From the NCBI GenBank assembly GCA_039698055.1, contig JBDKTL010000024.1:1-64000 (forward strand): a stretch of 64,000 nucleotides of DNA. Reading direction: 5' to 3'. Both the position numbers and the translations under genes were made by a program. Of the stretch, positions 8,620 to 19,776 are shown piece after piece. A model generated the notes under the pieces. That model was not told the origin of the DNA. It saw only the letters and a program-made list of their open reading frames with translations, and searched no databases. Within the stretch, counting starts at the first letter, position 1. Each line of letters opens with the position of its first letter. The stretch is from Methanoregula sp. (lineage in GTDB: Archaea; Halobacteriota; Methanomicrobia; Methanomicrobiales; Methanospirillaceae).

Positions 8620-10053
8620 TCATTCTTTGCCAAAGAACGTCCGCATGAACGGGTACATCTCCATGATCTGCTGGCTGGCGATCTCCTCGTAGAGACGGTA
8701 GGTAATACTCACGGTCAGCAATAATCCTGTGCCGCTTACCGCTCCAATCACACCAAACAGGTTCGCTATCACACTGAGCAATCCGATGAATACTCCTCCG
8801 ATAACCGTGACACGCGGAATATACCGGTCAAGGTACTTTTCCAGCACCTGCGGATTTCTCCGGTAGCCGGGAATGGACATGCCTGACATCTGGATCTGGC
8901 GGGCGACATCTTTTGAATCCAGCCCGGCCGTCTTGATCCAGAAGAGTGCAAAGATCGCTCCTCCGACCACCATGAATGTGGTATCGATCCCCAGACGTAA
9001 TAGGATTTCCCATGGCGCATGACCGAGATCAGTCGTCCACCACATCCACTGGGTAGGCCCGTTGATTGGGGCGAGGAAATACATCAGACCCGAAACAGGG
9101 GTCTGGCCATCGAATTTCCCAAGAATGGTAATCCCGATATTTGAAAGGAACATTCCCAGCATCTGGATGTTTGCCTGTAAGACTCTGACGAGAATCATCG
9201 GCAGGACACTTGCATAGATCAGTTTGACCGGGAACCGTGCCCGCGCTCCCCTGACCTGCGCATGTGCAAGGGGGATTTCGATGCGCGTTGATTCAACATA
9301 CACGATGATAAGAAATATCGCAATGGTAGTGACAAATGCGAGCAGTTCCGTCCCGAAATACTGGATGAAGTTCGCGCCATCGAGCACGACAGCAACGAGC
9401 CGGGGGAAAAATCCTACAGGGTACGGATCACTGACCGGCAGCCAGTTGATGAACCCGTTGACGATTGCCTGGGATATCCCGGCAATAATGAACAGTCCGA
9501 CCCCGGAACCGATACCCCATTTGGTCACAACTTCATCCATCAGGAAAACCAGCACACCGCCAATACAGATCTGAATGAATATCAGGAGTGATACAGCAAA
9601 CAGGCTTCCTCCGAAGAATTGCTGCGCGATGACCGGGTCCGGCTGCATAAAGCCCCCAATCAGGTTGGGTGCCGCTTCGATGACGATCATGACAAGGATG
9701 AGGATCTTCTGTAACCCCATGTACATGACCTGTCCACGGGTCTCACTGGTATCGATATGAAGGATATCAGCACCTTTCAGGAGCTGGAGTACAATTGAAG
9801 CTGTAACGATGGGCCCGATACCAAGATGGACGATCGAACCGCTTGCACCGGCAAGCAGTGCCCGCCAGTAAAGGAATACATCCTGTGAGCTCGATGCAAG
9901 CCCGAATACAGGAATATTTGTTAATGCAAAATACAGAACCAGAATTCCAAATGTCCACATCAGTTTGTTTTTGAAGTGGACATGTCCCTCGGGACTCTTG
10001 ACTGCGGGCATCGCAGCAAGCAGGGGTTCCATTCGATCCAGCAGGTCTCCCAT
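8620..10053 (-). CDS. secY: Preprotein translocase subunit SecY
   Basis: LGIGPIVTASIVLQLL, KWGIGSGVGLFI, IPGYRR, GTGLLLTV. Confidence 0.98.
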   Translation of the reverse strand: MGDLLDRMEPLLAAMPAVKSPEGHVHFKNKLMWTFGILVLYFALTNIPVFGLASSSQDVFLYWRALLAGASGSIVHLGIGPIVTASIVLQLLKGADILHIDTSETRGQVMYMGLQKILILVMIVIEAAPNLIGGFMQPDPVIAQQFFGGSLFAVSLLIFIQICIGGVLVFLMDEVVTKWGIGSGVGLFIIAGISQAIVNGFINWLPVSDPYPVGFFPRLVAVVLDGANFIQYFGTELLAFVTTIAIFLIIVYVESTRIEIPLAHAQVRGARARFPVKLIYASVLPMILVRVLQANIQMLGMFLSNIGITILGKFDGQTPVSGLMYFLAPINGPTQWMWWTTDLGHAPWEILLRLGIDTTFMVVGGAIFALFWIKTAGLDSKDVARQIQMSGMSIPGYRRNPQVLEKYLDRYIPRVTVIGGVFIGLLSVIANLFGVIGAVSGTGLLLTVSITYRLYEEIASQQIMEMYPFMRTFFGKE

Positions 10054-10077
10054 TGTTTCACCAAAAAATCAGGTGGG

Positions 10078-10506
10078 TCAGACGACCTGCGCCTTTCCAC
10101 CAAGTTTCTCGATCTTTGCTATTGCCTGTTGAGAGAACGCTTCAGCCGAGATAGTAAGTTTCTTTGTGACTTTTCCGCTGCCCAAAATTTTCTCGATGCC
10201 GAGATCGGCAGCATTCAGCACGACGGTGTCTCCTTCCTTTTTGGCAATTCCCTGTGCAATCAGCGACGGTAAGATCTGATCGATGATACCAACGTCCATC
10301 ACCGCAACAGTGACGGCGGGATTATGGAAGAACCCGTTCTTTCCAAAGACCGGCCCTCCCATCTCCATATACCACTTGACAAAGTGGTGGGCGTTGATAC
10401 CGGCGCGTCCTCTGCCGCCACGGTTTCCTGCCCCACGCCGGTTCTTGTGGGTTCCGCCACCGCATGTCCTCGATCCACGGTATCTTGAGCGTTTGTTTGT
10501 TGGCAT
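10078..10506 (-). CDS. rpl15: 50S ribosomal protein uL15
   Basis: RGSRTCGGG.HKNRRGAGNRGGRG; KILGSG. Confidence 0.96.
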   Translation of the reverse strand: MPTNKRSRYRGSRTCGGGTHKNRRGAGNRGGRGRAGINAHHFVKWYMEMGGPVFGKNGFFHNPAVTVAVMDVGIIDQILPSLIAQGIAKKEGDTVVLNAADLGIEKILGSGKVTKKLTISAEAFSQQAIAKIEKLGGKAQVV

Positions 10507-10511
10507 CCCAT

Positions 10512-10973
10512 TCACCTCATCTTATAAAGGAGTGTATTGATCTCCTGACCATAATAGCCAAGCGATCCGCCCTGAACAAAGGTGCGCTTGGTGGTCTTGT
10601 ATCCCTTGCGCGGCGGGTGCAGCCGGAGAACCGGCTTTAATCCTGCAATATCACGCAGTTTTGATTCGCCATTTGCAAGAGCCTGTGCAAAATCCACAAT
10701 CCCGCTATAGGTTGAGTTTGATTTGATGTACTCATCCGTAAGAGGACCGTCCCCCATGACTCTGCCGCGGGTGCGCAGCAGGGTCTCGATGGTTGGGGCA
10801 TCCACTTCGCCATAGGCAACATAGTCCTTTACTTTACGGATCATCCCGAGATTTTCGGGAGTGTCCGCAATAAGGACGCAGTGGTTGATGTGATGCAGGC
10901 GAAGCATCTTTAAGGTGTCTTTGATATCCTGACGGGTGTTTACTACGCCGCGGACCTGTACAACTGCGTACAT
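10512..10973 (-). CDS. rpl30: 50S ribosomal protein uL30
   Basis: AVVQVRG..TLKMLRL, LRLHPPRKG. Confidence 0.96.
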   Translation of the reverse strand: MYAVVQVRGVVNTRQDIKDTLKMLRLHHINHCVLIADTPENLGMIRKVKDYVAYGEVDAPTIETLLRTRGRVMGDGPLTDEYIKSNSTYSGIVDFAQALANGESKLRDIAGLKPVLRLHPPRKGYKTTKRTFVQGGSLGYYGQEINTLLYKMR

Positions 10974-11590
10974 TACTGTGAGCCCCCGGTCCGGATCATA
11001 TTCGTCCCTTTTAATGCGTTGAACGTTGCCTTTGCAAAGTTGATTGTGGTACGGGTCTGTCCGCGTGCAAAGGTCCAGGCATCCTTGATACCGGCAAGCT
11101 GAAGCACTTTTTTGCTGATGTCACCGGTAACAAGCCCGATGCCCTGCGGTGCCGGTTTGAGGGTAATGCGGACGCTGCCTGCGGTGCCTTCAACCTGCAT
11201 GGGAATTGAGTGCGTGAGATCGCACCCGCATTCCCAGCTGCCGCAGCCGCGGTGGACTTTTACCAGGTTCATCTTTGCTTTTACAATCGCTTTCTTGATT
11301 GCATCGCCGACCTGCACATCTTTACCCTGACCAAACCCGATATAGCCATTCCGGTTACCGACAATGACAACCGCACGGAATTGTACACGGCGGCCTGAGT
11401 CGGTCATTCGCTGCATCATGGCGATATCGAGAACTTCATCTTCCAGATCCGGAAGGAAATAATCGACGATCTCAGGTTCCTTGATGGGTCTGCCGCTCTC
11501 AAGCACCTGGTCGATGCTCTTGATCTCTCCTGATGCGACGAGTTTGCCAAGACCGGTGATCGGGCGCCATTCTACCTTTTCGTATGCCAT
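10973..11590 (-). CDS. rps5: 30S ribosomal protein uS5
   Basis: [26 protein letters not shown]. Confidence 0.97.
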   Translation of the reverse strand: MAYEKVEWRPITGLGKLVASGEIKSIDQVLESGRPIKEPEIVDYFLPDLEDEVLDIAMMQRMTDSGRRVQFRAVVIVGNRNGYIGFGQGKDVQVGDAIKKAIVKAKMNLVKVHRGCGSWECGCDLTHSIPMQVEGTAGSVRITLKPAPQGIGLVTGDISKKVLQLAGIKDAWTFARGQTRTTINFAKATFNALKGTNMIRTGGSQ

Positions 11591-12115
11591 TTACACCATC
11601 TCCTTTTTTATGGCGTCTGCCACCTGTTCAACATTCTTGACGATATCAGCGGAGTTTTTGTTGTATGCGGCGATATGTTCACCTTTAACCCGTTCATCGG
11701 GCGGAAGGATTGATTCGCCGTGCGGTATATCAAGTCCTGCCTCGACAGCGCCTTTGAGTGCGGCAAATACCCGTGCACCATGTGTTGCCCGGTTCAGGCC
11801 GATGTCCAGAATGGCACTGTCCTGTTGTGCCTTCTTTGCCTTAACCGCAAAGAGCATGCCGGTAAGGTATGCTGCAGGGGTGTTCGAGGTTGATCCCTTG
11901 TATCCGTATTTTTCCAGTTCCGCAGAGTTTGCTGCTACCAGTGTCCGGTCGCCATCCATCTCGGCGGTGACCAGTTGCACAATGATATGCCGGTTTGTCT
12001 TGCGCACAACCATGCGCGGCACATCTGCGACAACAAGCCGGGTTCTCTGGTAATAATCGGTTTTGCCATCCCTTCGTCTTCGGAAGGGTACAAAATACCG
12101 TGGTCCGGTTGCCAT
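11591..12115 (-). CDS. rpl18: 50S ribosomal protein uL18
   Basis: [29 protein letters not shown]. Confidence 0.97.
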   Translation of the reverse strand: MATGPRYFVPFRRRRDGKTDYYQRTRLVVADVPRMVVRKTNRHIIVQLVTAEMDGDRTLVAANSAELEKYGYKGSTSNTPAAYLTGMLFAVKAKKAQQDSAILDIGLNRATHGARVFAALKGAVEAGLDIPHGESILPPDERVKGEHIAAYNKNSADIVKNVEQVADAIKKEMV

Positions 12116-12116
12116 G

Positions 12117-12569
12117 TTACTTCATCCTCCCGGCAATAATCTCCATCTGTGCTTTCATGTGTGCAACACTCCGGTACTGCCCACCGGCGGCCTTCCGATA
12201 AATAATACGGTACAAGTGCCTGTCGACCGTACCTGCATCGCGAAGTGCAACGAGAGCTTTGCGGATTGCGCGGATCTTCTGGATCCATGCACGCTTGCTT
12301 GGCGTCCGTGCACCCTTGGCACCTTTCCGTTTCCCGACACCTTTGCGGTGCCCGTACGCACGCTGTGCCGTTCGGATGCGTGCCCTGCCACGGCTCACAC
12401 CTTTCTTCTGGTGCGCTTTTATTGCCCCGTCAGTAATAAGCCCGCGTAAATCTTCGCGTGAGATCGCGTTCTCGATATCCGAGAGACGTTCCGGGTCAAA
12501 CCAGACACGGTTGACACCACATTTCATGATTGAGGCGGCAATGCGCTTCTGGCTCGCGACATCAGTCAT
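12117..12569 (-). CDS. rpl19e: 50S ribosomal protein eL19
   Basis: [28 protein letters not shown]. Confidence 0.97.
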   Translation of the reverse strand: MTDVASQKRIAASIMKCGVNRVWFDPERLSDIENAISREDLRGLITDGAIKAHQKKGVSRGRARIRTAQRAYGHRKGVGKRKGAKGARTPSKRAWIQKIRAIRKALVALRDAGTVDRHLYRIIYRKAAGGQYRSVAHMKAQMEIIAGRMK

Positions 12570-13296
12570 TCTTCTTCACCTCGGACCCGGTCTTCTTTTT
12601 CGGTTTTGCTTTTGATTCTGCCGGAGTTTTTGTCTTGGGAGAATCCACGGTTTTTTCAGCAGCCGGTTTTACAGATTTTTTCTCGGGTTTTGCCGCATCC
12701 TTTGAGGGGACTTTTCCAGCCTTCTTTTCAGGTTTTTCCGTTGCTTCCTTTGCAGGTTTCTCTGAAGATTTCACAGCGGCTGCTTTCACCGGTTTTTTCG
12801 CTTCGGACGCTTTTTGAACCTTGGCCTTTACGGGCTCAGCCTTAGCTTTCGGCTTGGCTTCCTTCTTTTTCTCAGGCGCTTTTACTACTTCAGGTGCCTT
12901 TTCCTTTTTTACCGGTTCCTTTGCAACACGGATGTTGAGCACCTTGAGTCCTGATTCAATTGCTTTTTCCTGAAGGGCAATGCGCTTTTTTGTGCCGACC
13001 GTGCCGGAGATCCGGACCGCATGCGTTTTTGGATCGACACCTTCAAGATCCTTTAAGTTGAACACGAGCGTTTCGAAAAATCCGCTGGGATGCATACCGC
13101 GCACCGCAATCGGGCTTCCAAAGCCGGGTTTCGGGAGTGCTCCTTTTGCCTTCTTCTGCTCCCTTTGCTTATTGTGCTGTCCACGGGGCTTTCTCCATGA
13201 ATCGGCAAGCTGCCGTTTTTTGCCAAATCCGTCGCGTTTGAATACAGCACCCTTATCAGTGCGCACGCGGATTAATCGCTTTGTTTCTGTGGTCAT
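12562..13296 (-). CDS. rpl32e: 50S ribosomal protein eL32 with long Lys/Ala/Glu/Pro-rich C-terminal tail
   Basis: SWRKPRG.HNKQR, GFGSP..VRGMHPSG, KVLN; ~120 additional low-complexity residues. Confidence 0.95.
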   Translation of the reverse strand: MTTETKRLIRVRTDKGAVFKRDGFGKKRQLADSWRKPRGQHNKQREQKKAKGALPKPGFGSPIAVRGMHPSGFFETLVFNLKDLEGVDPKTHAVRISGTVGTKKRIALQEKAIESGLKVLNIRVAKEPVKKEKAPEVVKAPEKKKEAKPKAKAEPVKAKVQKASEAKKPVKAAAVKSSEKPAKEATEKPEKKAGKVPSKDAAKPEKKSVKPAAEKTVDSPKTKTPAESKAKPKKKTGSEVKKND

Positions 13297-13301
13297 TCTC
13301 T

Positions 13302-13826
13302 TCAGCCCCTCTGCACAATATATATGCCGTCCTGGAAGACACGGGGATCACGGTCACGAATGTGGGTTGCATGTTCGATGTTTGATGCAGTAGTTCCAAC
13401 GAGTTCACGGTCGATACCGTCGAGCACAACTTCGTCGTTTGCAACCTTTATCTTTACACCCTCTTCGATACGTGCATATCGTGCCTTCTTTTCTCCGAGG
13501 AAGTTGTTGATCTCAAGCCGGTTTCCCTGCGTTTTTAACTGAATCGGGAAATGGCTGTAAACAACTTTCATACGGTACTCGAATCCTTCAGATACGCCCC
13601 GGCACATGTTCTTTGCATGAACCTGAAACGTCCCGACAATCGCAACATTTTCCTTTCGTTTGGATTCTGTGGAGATTGTCACTTCTTTCCCGTCACAGGT
13701 TATGACGACCTGGGGAAAACGCACGTTGCGTGAGATCTGCCCTTTTGGTCCGGTCACACGAAGCTGCGTTCCATCCAGATGGACCTTAACGCCATCGGGA
13801 ATAGTTACTTTCCGTACTGTTGCCAT
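13302..13826 (-). CDS. rpl6: 50S ribosomal protein uL6
   Basis: VYSHFP, NFLGEK, DPRVFQDGIYI. Confidence 0.97.
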   Translation of the reverse strand: MATVRKVTIPDGVKVHLDGTQLRVTGPKGQISRNVRFPQVVITCDGKEVTISTESKRKENVAIVGTFQVHAKNMCRGVSEGFEYRMKVVYSHFPIQLKTQGNRLEINNFLGEKKARYARIEEGVKIKVANDEVVLDGIDRELVGTTASNIEHATHIRDRDPRVFQDGIYIVQRG

Positions 13827-13838
13827 AATTTTCGCACC

Positions 13839-14231
13839 TTAGTAGACGTATCCCAGCAGTTCACCGCCAATACTCTCTTTTCTGGCCTGCACATGTGACA
13901 TAACACCGTGTGAGGTAGAGAGCATGATCAGCCCGAAATTCTTTCCGGGCAGGTAGCGTTTCTCCCAGTACTCCATCTCGTTCTGCTGTACTGAAAAACG
14001 CGGTGTAATTGCACCGCATTTGTTGATCTTTCCGGTGAGATGCACCTTAAGCTGCCCACCACGGCCATCCTCGATAAACTCGAAGCCGCCGATATAACCT
14101 GCATCCTGCATGATGCGAAGCATCGCACCGAGGAGTTTGCTCGCGGGTTCAAGGGTACATTCGGTCTTGCCGGTGTCGCCAGCGTTCTTTAACGCGCTCA
14201 TCCCGTCTGCAATAGTATTCATACGTGTCAT
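13839..14231 (-). CDS. rps8: 30S ribosomal protein uS8
   Basis: [34 protein letters not shown]; start trimmed to MTRMN. Confidence 0.96.
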   Translation of the reverse strand: MTRMNTIADGMSALKNAGDTGKTECTLEPASKLLGAMLRIMQDAGYIGGFEFIEDGRGGQLKVHLTGKINKCGAITPRFSVQQNEMEYWEKRYLPGKNFGLIMLSTSHGVMSHVQARKESIGGELLGYVY

Positions 14232-14245
14232 TTTGCAGTCACTCC

Positions 14246-14401
14246 TCAGTTCATCTTCTTGAAGCCTATTTTCCGGGCCCATTCACGGAAGCACTGCCTG
14301 CAGAACATGATGTTATACCGGCGTACAAGACCCTGCTTGCGTCCGCACATCTTGCACTCATTTGCACCGCGTCCGAAAATCTTCTTCTTTTCTCCACCCA
14401 T
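14246..14401 (-). CDS. rps14: 30S ribosomal protein uS14 (Zn-binding; below ORF track cutoff)
   Basis: Hand translation [51 protein letters not shown]. Confidence 0.96.
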   Translation of the reverse strand: MGGEKKKIFGRGANECKMCGRKQGLVRRYNIMFCRQCFREWARKIGFKKMN

Positions 14402-14907
14402 CAGCGCACCTCCGCCTTGTATTCCTGTTTCAGGAATGCAATTGCATCTTCCTTTTTCACACGCTGCTTTGCAGGGAGCTTCTTCTGCTCCATACGCCGG
14501 CGGGTGATCCGGATGCCATTACGCTCGAGCACCACATTGACATCCATACCGTAAATCCCAATCTGGGGGTCATAGGACATTCCGGGGAAATCCGTGTGCT
14601 CTTCAACACCAAATGAAAAGTTGCCGCTCTTATCAAACTGGCTCTCAAAGAGAGTATTGTTAATAATCCCAAGAGACGTTTTAAAGAAATCCACGGCTGG
14701 TTTTCCACGGAGCGTAACCTTGCAGCCAATCGGGGCGCCTTTCCTGATGGAAAATGCCGGCTGGGTCTGTTTTGCAATGCTCCTGATTGGCGTCTGGCCG
14801 GTGATCGTCTTCATGATATTTTCGGCTTTCACAAGTTTTTCACCGCTCTCGCCAACACCCATGTGGACGACAACCTTGTCGATATGGACATCACGCATTG
14901 AGGTCAT
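14401..14907 (-). CDS. rpl5: 50S ribosomal protein uL5
   Basis: [32 protein letters not shown]. Confidence 0.97.
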   Translation of the reverse strand: MTSMRDVHIDKVVVHMGVGESGEKLVKAENIMKTITGQTPIRSIAKQTQPAFSIRKGAPIGCKVTLRGKPAVDFFKTSLGIINNTLFESQFDKSGNFSFGVEEHTDFPGMSYDPQIGIYGMDVNVVLERNGIRITRRRMEQKKLPAKQRVKKEDAIAFLKQEYKAEVR

Positions 14908-15629
14908 TGTTCAATCCCCTGGTTGGCAATTGAGTTCTTTTCCTTACCGACAACGTAGATGTACGGCATAATTGTGTCAAACGGGGTCTTGGTCTGCTCG
15001 TCCTCAACAATGATACGGTTCGGCACACTGCCGGAGGTTTTTACAATCTCAAGGATGCGACCGACTTTGCCTGAATGACGTCCACCGATGATCATTGCCA
15101 TATTGCCGACAGCAAAGGGGAAATGATCGAGGATCTTGAACCGGTCCTCGGGTTTGAGGGAGATCAGGATCGAGTCGTTTGATTTGTACGTGTTATCAGC
15201 GATGACATTTGCGCCATACCGCAGGTTCAGCTGGACACGCCCACCGGATATGGTAGTCTTGTTCTGGATCTTGCACAGCCTGCTCTGCGCGGACTCTGCG
15301 TCGATCTCCAGGGTTTTGTGGCGGCCTTTAACGTCACGCAGGATACGGTAGTACTTATCCATTTTCGGAATGGCAATTACATCAAAGATCCCAATGCCCA
15401 TCTTTGGATCCCGACATGGGCGTCCGTTGATAATGACATCGTTCTGGTTGAGGATCTGCTTGACTTCCTTCATGTTGCGGGCAAAACCCATCATATCGCG
15501 GAGCCAGACGGCAATCGGCATCGCGTTTGCATTGTGCGCACCGGGTGCGGTCTTCGTGATGAAGGTATTGGTCTTTTTGGCAATGTGCCATGAATCCGGC
15601 GCATTCAGCCGCTTCAGATGATCTGACAT
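14904..15629 (-). CDS. rps4e: 30S ribosomal protein eS4
   Basis: [20 protein letters not shown]. Confidence 0.97.
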   Translation of the reverse strand: MSDHLKRLNAPDSWHIAKKTNTFITKTAPGAHNANAMPIAVWLRDMMGFARNMKEVKQILNQNDVIINGRPCRDPKMGIGIFDVIAIPKMDKYYRILRDVKGRHKTLEIDAESAQSRLCKIQNKTTISGGRVQLNLRYGANVIADNTYKSNDSILISLKPEDRFKILDHFPFAVGNMAMIIGGRHSGKVGRILEIVKTSGSVPNRIIVEDEQTKTPFDTIMPYIYVVGKEKNSIANQGIEQ

Positions 15630-15994
15630 TATTTCGTCTCCTCGAGTTTTGCCACGCGCCGCGGGTCATCAAGGTTGAGCTTGGTTATCTGCACCTTGGA
15701 CGCATCAACAGTTCGCGGGACTTCTGTGCCATCTGCCTTGGTGGATGAGACACCGTGGACAACGAGTTTTGTTTTCCGGGTATCGATGGCATCGACAAGT
15801 CCTTCTTCGCCAACATGGTCTCCGCGCATGACCTTGACGGTGTCACCTTTGACAACACGTAACGTCTTTTTCTTGTATTTCTCTTTCAGCGCTTCGGACA
15901 TCGGGGCGCTAAGGAATTTCGATCTCATGTGAGAAGGTGCATTGTAGCGCGCCTTTCTCTGTTTTCTTGGCTGTTTACTCTCAATTCTTACCAT
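15629..15994 (-). CDS. rpl24: 50S ribosomal protein uL24
   Basis: SKQPRKQRKA.YNAP.H, KGDTVKVMRG. Confidence 0.97.
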   Translation of the reverse strand: MVRIESKQPRKQRKARYNAPSHMRSKFLSAPMSEALKEKYKKKTLRVVKGDTVKVMRGDHVGEEGLVDAIDTRKTKLVVHGVSSTKADGTEVPRTVDASKVQITKLNLDDPRRVAKLEETK

Positions 15995-16003
15995 ACAGCC
16001 ACC

Positions 16004-16402
16004 TCACACAATGATAGTTGCCATGGAACCAAGCTTCGGGAAACGTTCTGCCACTTCACGGGCAACCGGTCCCTTGATTTCAGTTCCTTTCGGCTCGTTT
16101 TTCTCATCGACCACGACAACGGCGTTGTCGTCAAAGGACACGCGAATCCCGTTCGGGCGGCGCATCTCCTTCTTTGCTCGGATGACAACAGCCCGCACAA
16201 GCTTTTTACGCATGTCCGGGGTTCCCTTCTTAACGGTCACCGTTGCGATGTCACCAAGACCCATCTTGGGCTGCCGGCGTCGGACACCATGATACCCGAA
16301 GACGGAAACAATCTGAACAATGCGGGCTCCAGTGTTGTCCGCACAGGTTAGTTTTGTTCCGGTCGACAGTGCCCGCGGGGTCTTTGATTGTTTGCCTTTC
16401 AT
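16004..16402 (-). CDS. rpl14: 50S ribosomal protein uL14
   Basis: [26 protein letters not shown]. Confidence 0.97.
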   Translation of the reverse strand: MKGKQSKTPRALSTGTKLTCADNTGARIVQIVSVFGYHGVRRRQPKMGLGDIATVTVKKGTPDMRKKLVRAVVIRAKKEMRRPNGIRVSFDDNAVVVVDEKNEPKGTEIKGPVAREVAERFPKLGSMATIIV

Positions 16403-16725
16403 GGCTGTGACACCTCGACAACGACAAAGGTCGTACTCTTCGACAACGGTCTGCACTCAGCGATCTTCACCAGGTCGCCAACCTTTGCCTGGATGCAGGG
16501 CGGGTTGTGGGCGTGAAGTTTTGATATACGCTTTTCATACCGGTTGAATTTCCGGACGTAGTGCAGGTAATCCCGTGCAACTACGACCGTTCCCATCATT
16601 CTATCGCTCACGACTTTGCCGGTGATCACCTGGCCGCGCACCGGTAAAGTGCCATGAAACGGACAATTAACGTCCTTGCATTCCTGTGCCGGAGCCGGGA
16701 CGTTTAATCCAATGTTTTGTGCCAT
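16399..16725 (-). CDS. rps17: 30S ribosomal protein uS17
   Basis: [20 protein letters not shown]. Confidence 0.97.
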   Translation of the reverse strand: MAQNIGLNVPAPAQECKDVNCPFHGTLPVRGQVITGKVVSDRMMGTVVVARDYLHYVRKFNRYEKRISKLHAHNPPCIQAKVGDLVKIAECRPLSKSTTFVVVEVSQP

Positions 16726-17009
16726 TATGGTATCCTCTTCTTTTCATGCAGGTTGATCCTCTTTTCAGGAGCCAGAATCATTGCGGACCCATTAATCTCA
16801 ACAAGGGTGCCATCCGGGAGCTGTACGCGGAATTTACTGTGCATTTTCTGGATGCGTTTGATTCCCTGTACTGTCTGGATGACGAGCATGTTCCTTGTCT
16901 CATCGATAATGTGTCCACTAACCCCCCAATGAAGAGGGTTTGCGGCTCCTGCTACCAGAACGTCAAGCCCGATCAGTTCGTGCCTGATGACGTTCTGGAA
17001 AGAGATCAT
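16725..17009 (-). CDS. rnp1: Ribonuclease P protein component 1 (Rpp29/Pop4)
   Basis: [22 protein letters not shown]; usual operon position. Confidence 0.93.
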   Translation of the reverse strand: MISFQNVIRHELIGLDVLVAGAANPLHWGVSGHIIDETRNMLVIQTVQGIKRIQKMHSKFRVQLPDGTLVEINGSAMILAPEKRINLHEKKRIP

Positions 17010-17209
17010 GCAGTTCTCCTGCGGTTCTGTTCGGTCAGCATCCGGGCGATGGTGCGCCGGAGTTCGCGGATGTGTCCGGGGTTTTCCGTGGCACCGCCAG
17101 CACTGACTTTCCCGTAGTGCTGGACAAGCTCCATCTGGAGTTTTCCCATCTGTTCCTGCAGTTCGACATCAGAAAGCTGCTGGACATCCCGTGCTCTGAA
17201 TATTGCCAT
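17006..17209 (-). CDS. rpl29: 50S ribosomal protein uL29
   Basis: MAIFRA..V, ENPGHIRELRRTIAR. Confidence 0.95.
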   Translation of the reverse strand: MAIFRARDVQQLSDVELQEQMGKLQMELVQHYGKVSAGGATENPGHIRELRRTIARMLTEQNRRRTA

Positions 17210-17904
17210 TACCGCACCTCGACTGATTCCTCATCAGGAAGGGCAGGCTCTTCAATATCAATGTCACTGATATCAGTAACGGTCGCCTTTGGTTCCACCC
17301 GCTTCTTTTCCTGCTCGATAATCGTAAAGTGGTCAGGCATCTTTGCGTCACCGGGCACGATCTTGACCTGCACGCCAATAACACCAAGTTTCTTGATTGC
17401 AACAGCGTAGCCTTTCACAACAATTGTGTTGCTGGGTTCACCGCAGTGTTTGATGTACCCTTCAGTAAACTTCTGGGTTCTGGCACGTGCACCGGTAAGT
17501 TTGCCGGCGATAATGACCTCACACCCAAGTGCACCGGATTCCATAACACGGCGCATGATGCTCGATCCTGCCTTGCGGAAATACCAGCCACGCTCAAGTG
17601 CATTTGCAAGCCGTTCGGCCATGATCTGGGCATTGAAACTGGGATTGGTAACCTGCTGGACTTCAATCTGCGGTGATTCTACTCCATAGCTTTGTGCAAG
17701 GTCCAGGGTCAACTGGTGAACGAGTTTGCCGCCCTTACCAATCACAATACCGGGTTTCTCCGCAAAGATGGTTACCTGTGTGCCAAGAGGTGTACGGGCA
17801 ATATCCATGCCACCGTATCCTGCACGTTTAAGCTCCTTTGAGAGGTACTTCTCAACGCGGGCTTTGCGTACACCTTCCGATATGAATTTCTTCTCGACGG
17901 CCAT
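17209..17904 (-). CDS. rps3: 30S ribosomal protein uS3
   Basis: KH domain KPGIVIGKGG, GALGCEVIIAGKL. Confidence 0.97.
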   Translation of the reverse strand: MAVEKKFISEGVRKARVEKYLSKELKRAGYGGMDIARTPLGTQVTIFAEKPGIVIGKGGKLVHQLTLDLAQSYGVESPQIEVQQVTNPSFNAQIMAERLANALERGWYFRKAGSSIMRRVMESGALGCEVIIAGKLTGARARTQKFTEGYIKHCGEPSNTIVVKGYAVAIKKLGVIGVQVKIVPGDAKMPDHFTIIEQEKKRVEPKATVTDISDIDIEEPALPDEESVEVR

Positions 17905-18368
17905 TATGCCACCTCACGAACAATAATCTCTATGTTAACGGTTTCCCGGGCTTTCGGTGATGCTCTTCCCATCGCACGGGGGAAGAACGATTTCTGGCTG
18001 CGGCCCCGGTTTGCGGTGACATGGATAATCTCCAGGTTCTCCGGGTCAAGTCCGATGTATTCGGCATTCTTCTTGACCGATTCGAGGATCCGTATGTATG
18101 CTTTTGATGCCTTGACCGGATACCGGCCTGCATCCCAGTTGCCTGGAAGTCCGCGCTTGTGTGCAACATTGCTGTTGAAACGCCGGAACGGGATTGCCTT
18201 TTTAAGGGCAATTACCTGGTTGAGGTATGCAATCGCGTCATTCACGCGCTGGTGGCGGATGAAGTTGGCAATCTCGATAGAGTGCTTGGGAGACTGGGAA
18301 AGCTCATTTGCCTTCCCTTTTGCAATATTGTCTCCTTCAACCTTTTTGGAATAATTAATGCGTGCCAT
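17904..18368 (-). CDS. rpl22: 50S ribosomal protein uL22
   Basis: [23 protein letters not shown]. Confidence 0.97.
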   Translation of the reverse strand: MARINYSKKVEGDNIAKGKANELSQSPKHSIEIANFIRHQRVNDAIAYLNQVIALKKAIPFRRFNSNVAHKRGLPGNWDAGRYPVKASKAYIRILESVKKNAEYIGLDPENLEIIHVTANRGRSQKSFFPRAMGRASPKARETVNIEIIVREVA

Positions 18369-18373
18369 TTCCA

Positions 18374-18793
18374 TCACTTCAGCGGAACGTATTTGCTGCC
18401 CCTTGTTGCACCGATACCAGCGGAACCATGGGTGACCTTATGTCTCGTCAATGCAAATTCACCGAGGTAGCGGAAAACCGACTCGGGCTGGAACTCGACT
18501 TTTATGAATTCCTTGCCGTTGTAGATCTCGATTGTTTTACCAATCATCTCCGGCATGACAATCATGTCACGCACATGAGTCCTGACCTTCTCATCACCGG
18601 CACGAATCTTTGCAAGTAACGTCTCTTCACTGCGGTTGAGGCCACGGTTGATTTTGCGGCGTGCTCGGGCTGGCATGAGGGGGAGGAGTTCGCTCATCCC
18701 CATCGCTTTCAGCTCGTCAACCTTATACCCGCGATAGGTGAACTCTTCCCGCCTTCTGGGCATTCTTTTTTGTGTCTTTTTAGGTGCTGCCAT
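18374..18793 (-). CDS. rps19: 30S ribosomal protein uS19
   Basis: [30 protein letters not shown]. Confidence 0.97.
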   Translation of the reverse strand: MAAPKKTQKRMPRRREEFTYRGYKVDELKAMGMSELLPLMPARARRKINRGLNRSEETLLAKIRAGDEKVRTHVRDMIVMPEMIGKTIEIYNGKEFIKVEFQPESVFRYLGEFALTRHKVTHGSAGIGATRGSKYVPLK

Positions 18794-18798
18794 ACCGT

Positions 18799-19515
18799 TC
18801 ACTTCCTGCTCTTACCTGTCCTGCGTGCAGCCACTGATCCAACCGTTCTTCCCGGAGAGGTACCCCGGGCGATGGTCTTTGGCCGACCTGTGTGCTGGTG
18901 ACCGCCGCCACCGAACGGGTGGTCGATGACGTTCATTGCAACACCACGGACACGGGGCCAGTTGGAGGCAGTATTTGCCATCTTGTGGTACTTGTTGCCT
19001 GCTTTCACAAACGGCTTTTCAATCCGTCCGCCCCCGGCAACAATACCGATTGTCGCACGACAGCGTCCGTTGAACCATTTTGTCTTTCCGCTCGGCATCC
19101 TGACACCAACACGCTCTTCAATCTTATCGACAACAACTGCCTGAACCCCGCTTGAGCGGACAAACTTTCCACCGTCGTTCGGGCGGGACTCAATGTTGCA
19201 GATAAACGACCCTGTCGGAATCTTGAGAAGCGGAAGCGTGTTTCCATTCTTCACGGTTGCATCCGCCCCCCATGCGATGGGTTCGCCGATGCCGACACCT
19301 TCTGTGACCAGCATGTAAACCTTGGCCCCGTCTTCAAGTTGTACGAGGGCAATGGGTGCGTTCCGTGCCGGATCATGTTCGATATCGATAATGGATCCGT
19401 TAACGGTCTGGGTATCATTTCCGATATGTTTCAGCTCCGCTTTATACCGGTGGGATGGTGCACGATATGTCGGGCCTCCCCTGCCACGGTTCTGTGTAGT
19501 AATGCGATGTCCCAT
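18799..19515 (-). CDS. rpl2: 50S ribosomal protein uL2
   Basis: HDPARNAP, WPRVRGVAMN..DHPFGGG. Confidence 0.98.
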   Translation of the reverse strand: MGHRITTQNRGRGGPTYRAPSHRYKAELKHIGNDTQTVNGSIIDIEHDPARNAPIALVQLEDGAKVYMLVTEGVGIGEPIAWGADATVKNGNTLPLLKIPTGSFICNIESRPNDGGKFVRSSGVQAVVVDKIEERVGVRMPSGKTKWFNGRCRATIGIVAGGGRIEKPFVKAGNKYHKMANTASNWPRVRGVAMNVIDHPFGGGGHQHTGRPKTIARGTSPGRTVGSVAARRTGKSRK

Positions 19516-19524
19516 GTTCCCCAC

Positions 19525-19776
19525 CTACATAATGCCGAGACGGCTGAGAATTTCCTCTGCGGCTTTTTCATTCTCAAAACTCACGATAGCCTTTTTCTCG
19601 CCGTGCATGGTCATGAGTGTGTAGACCCGTTTCACTTTCTGGTCAAACGCTTTTTCAAGGTCGCGTTTGATCGTCTTTTTGGTTGCTTTGTTGTCAACGA
19701 GGAACTGAAGTTTGTTCTCATTTTCCAAAAGCACCATTGCCTTTTCCGTGACAAACGGGTGTTTCAGCGTTGCCAT
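19525..19776 (-). CDS. rpl23: 50S ribosomal protein uL23
   Basis: HPFVTEKA, NKLQFLVD, GEKKAIV. Confidence 0.96.
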   Translation of the reverse strand: MATLKHPFVTEKAMVLLENENKLQFLVDNKATKKTIKRDLEKAFDQKVKRVYTLMTMHGEKKAIVSFENEKAAEEILSRLGIM

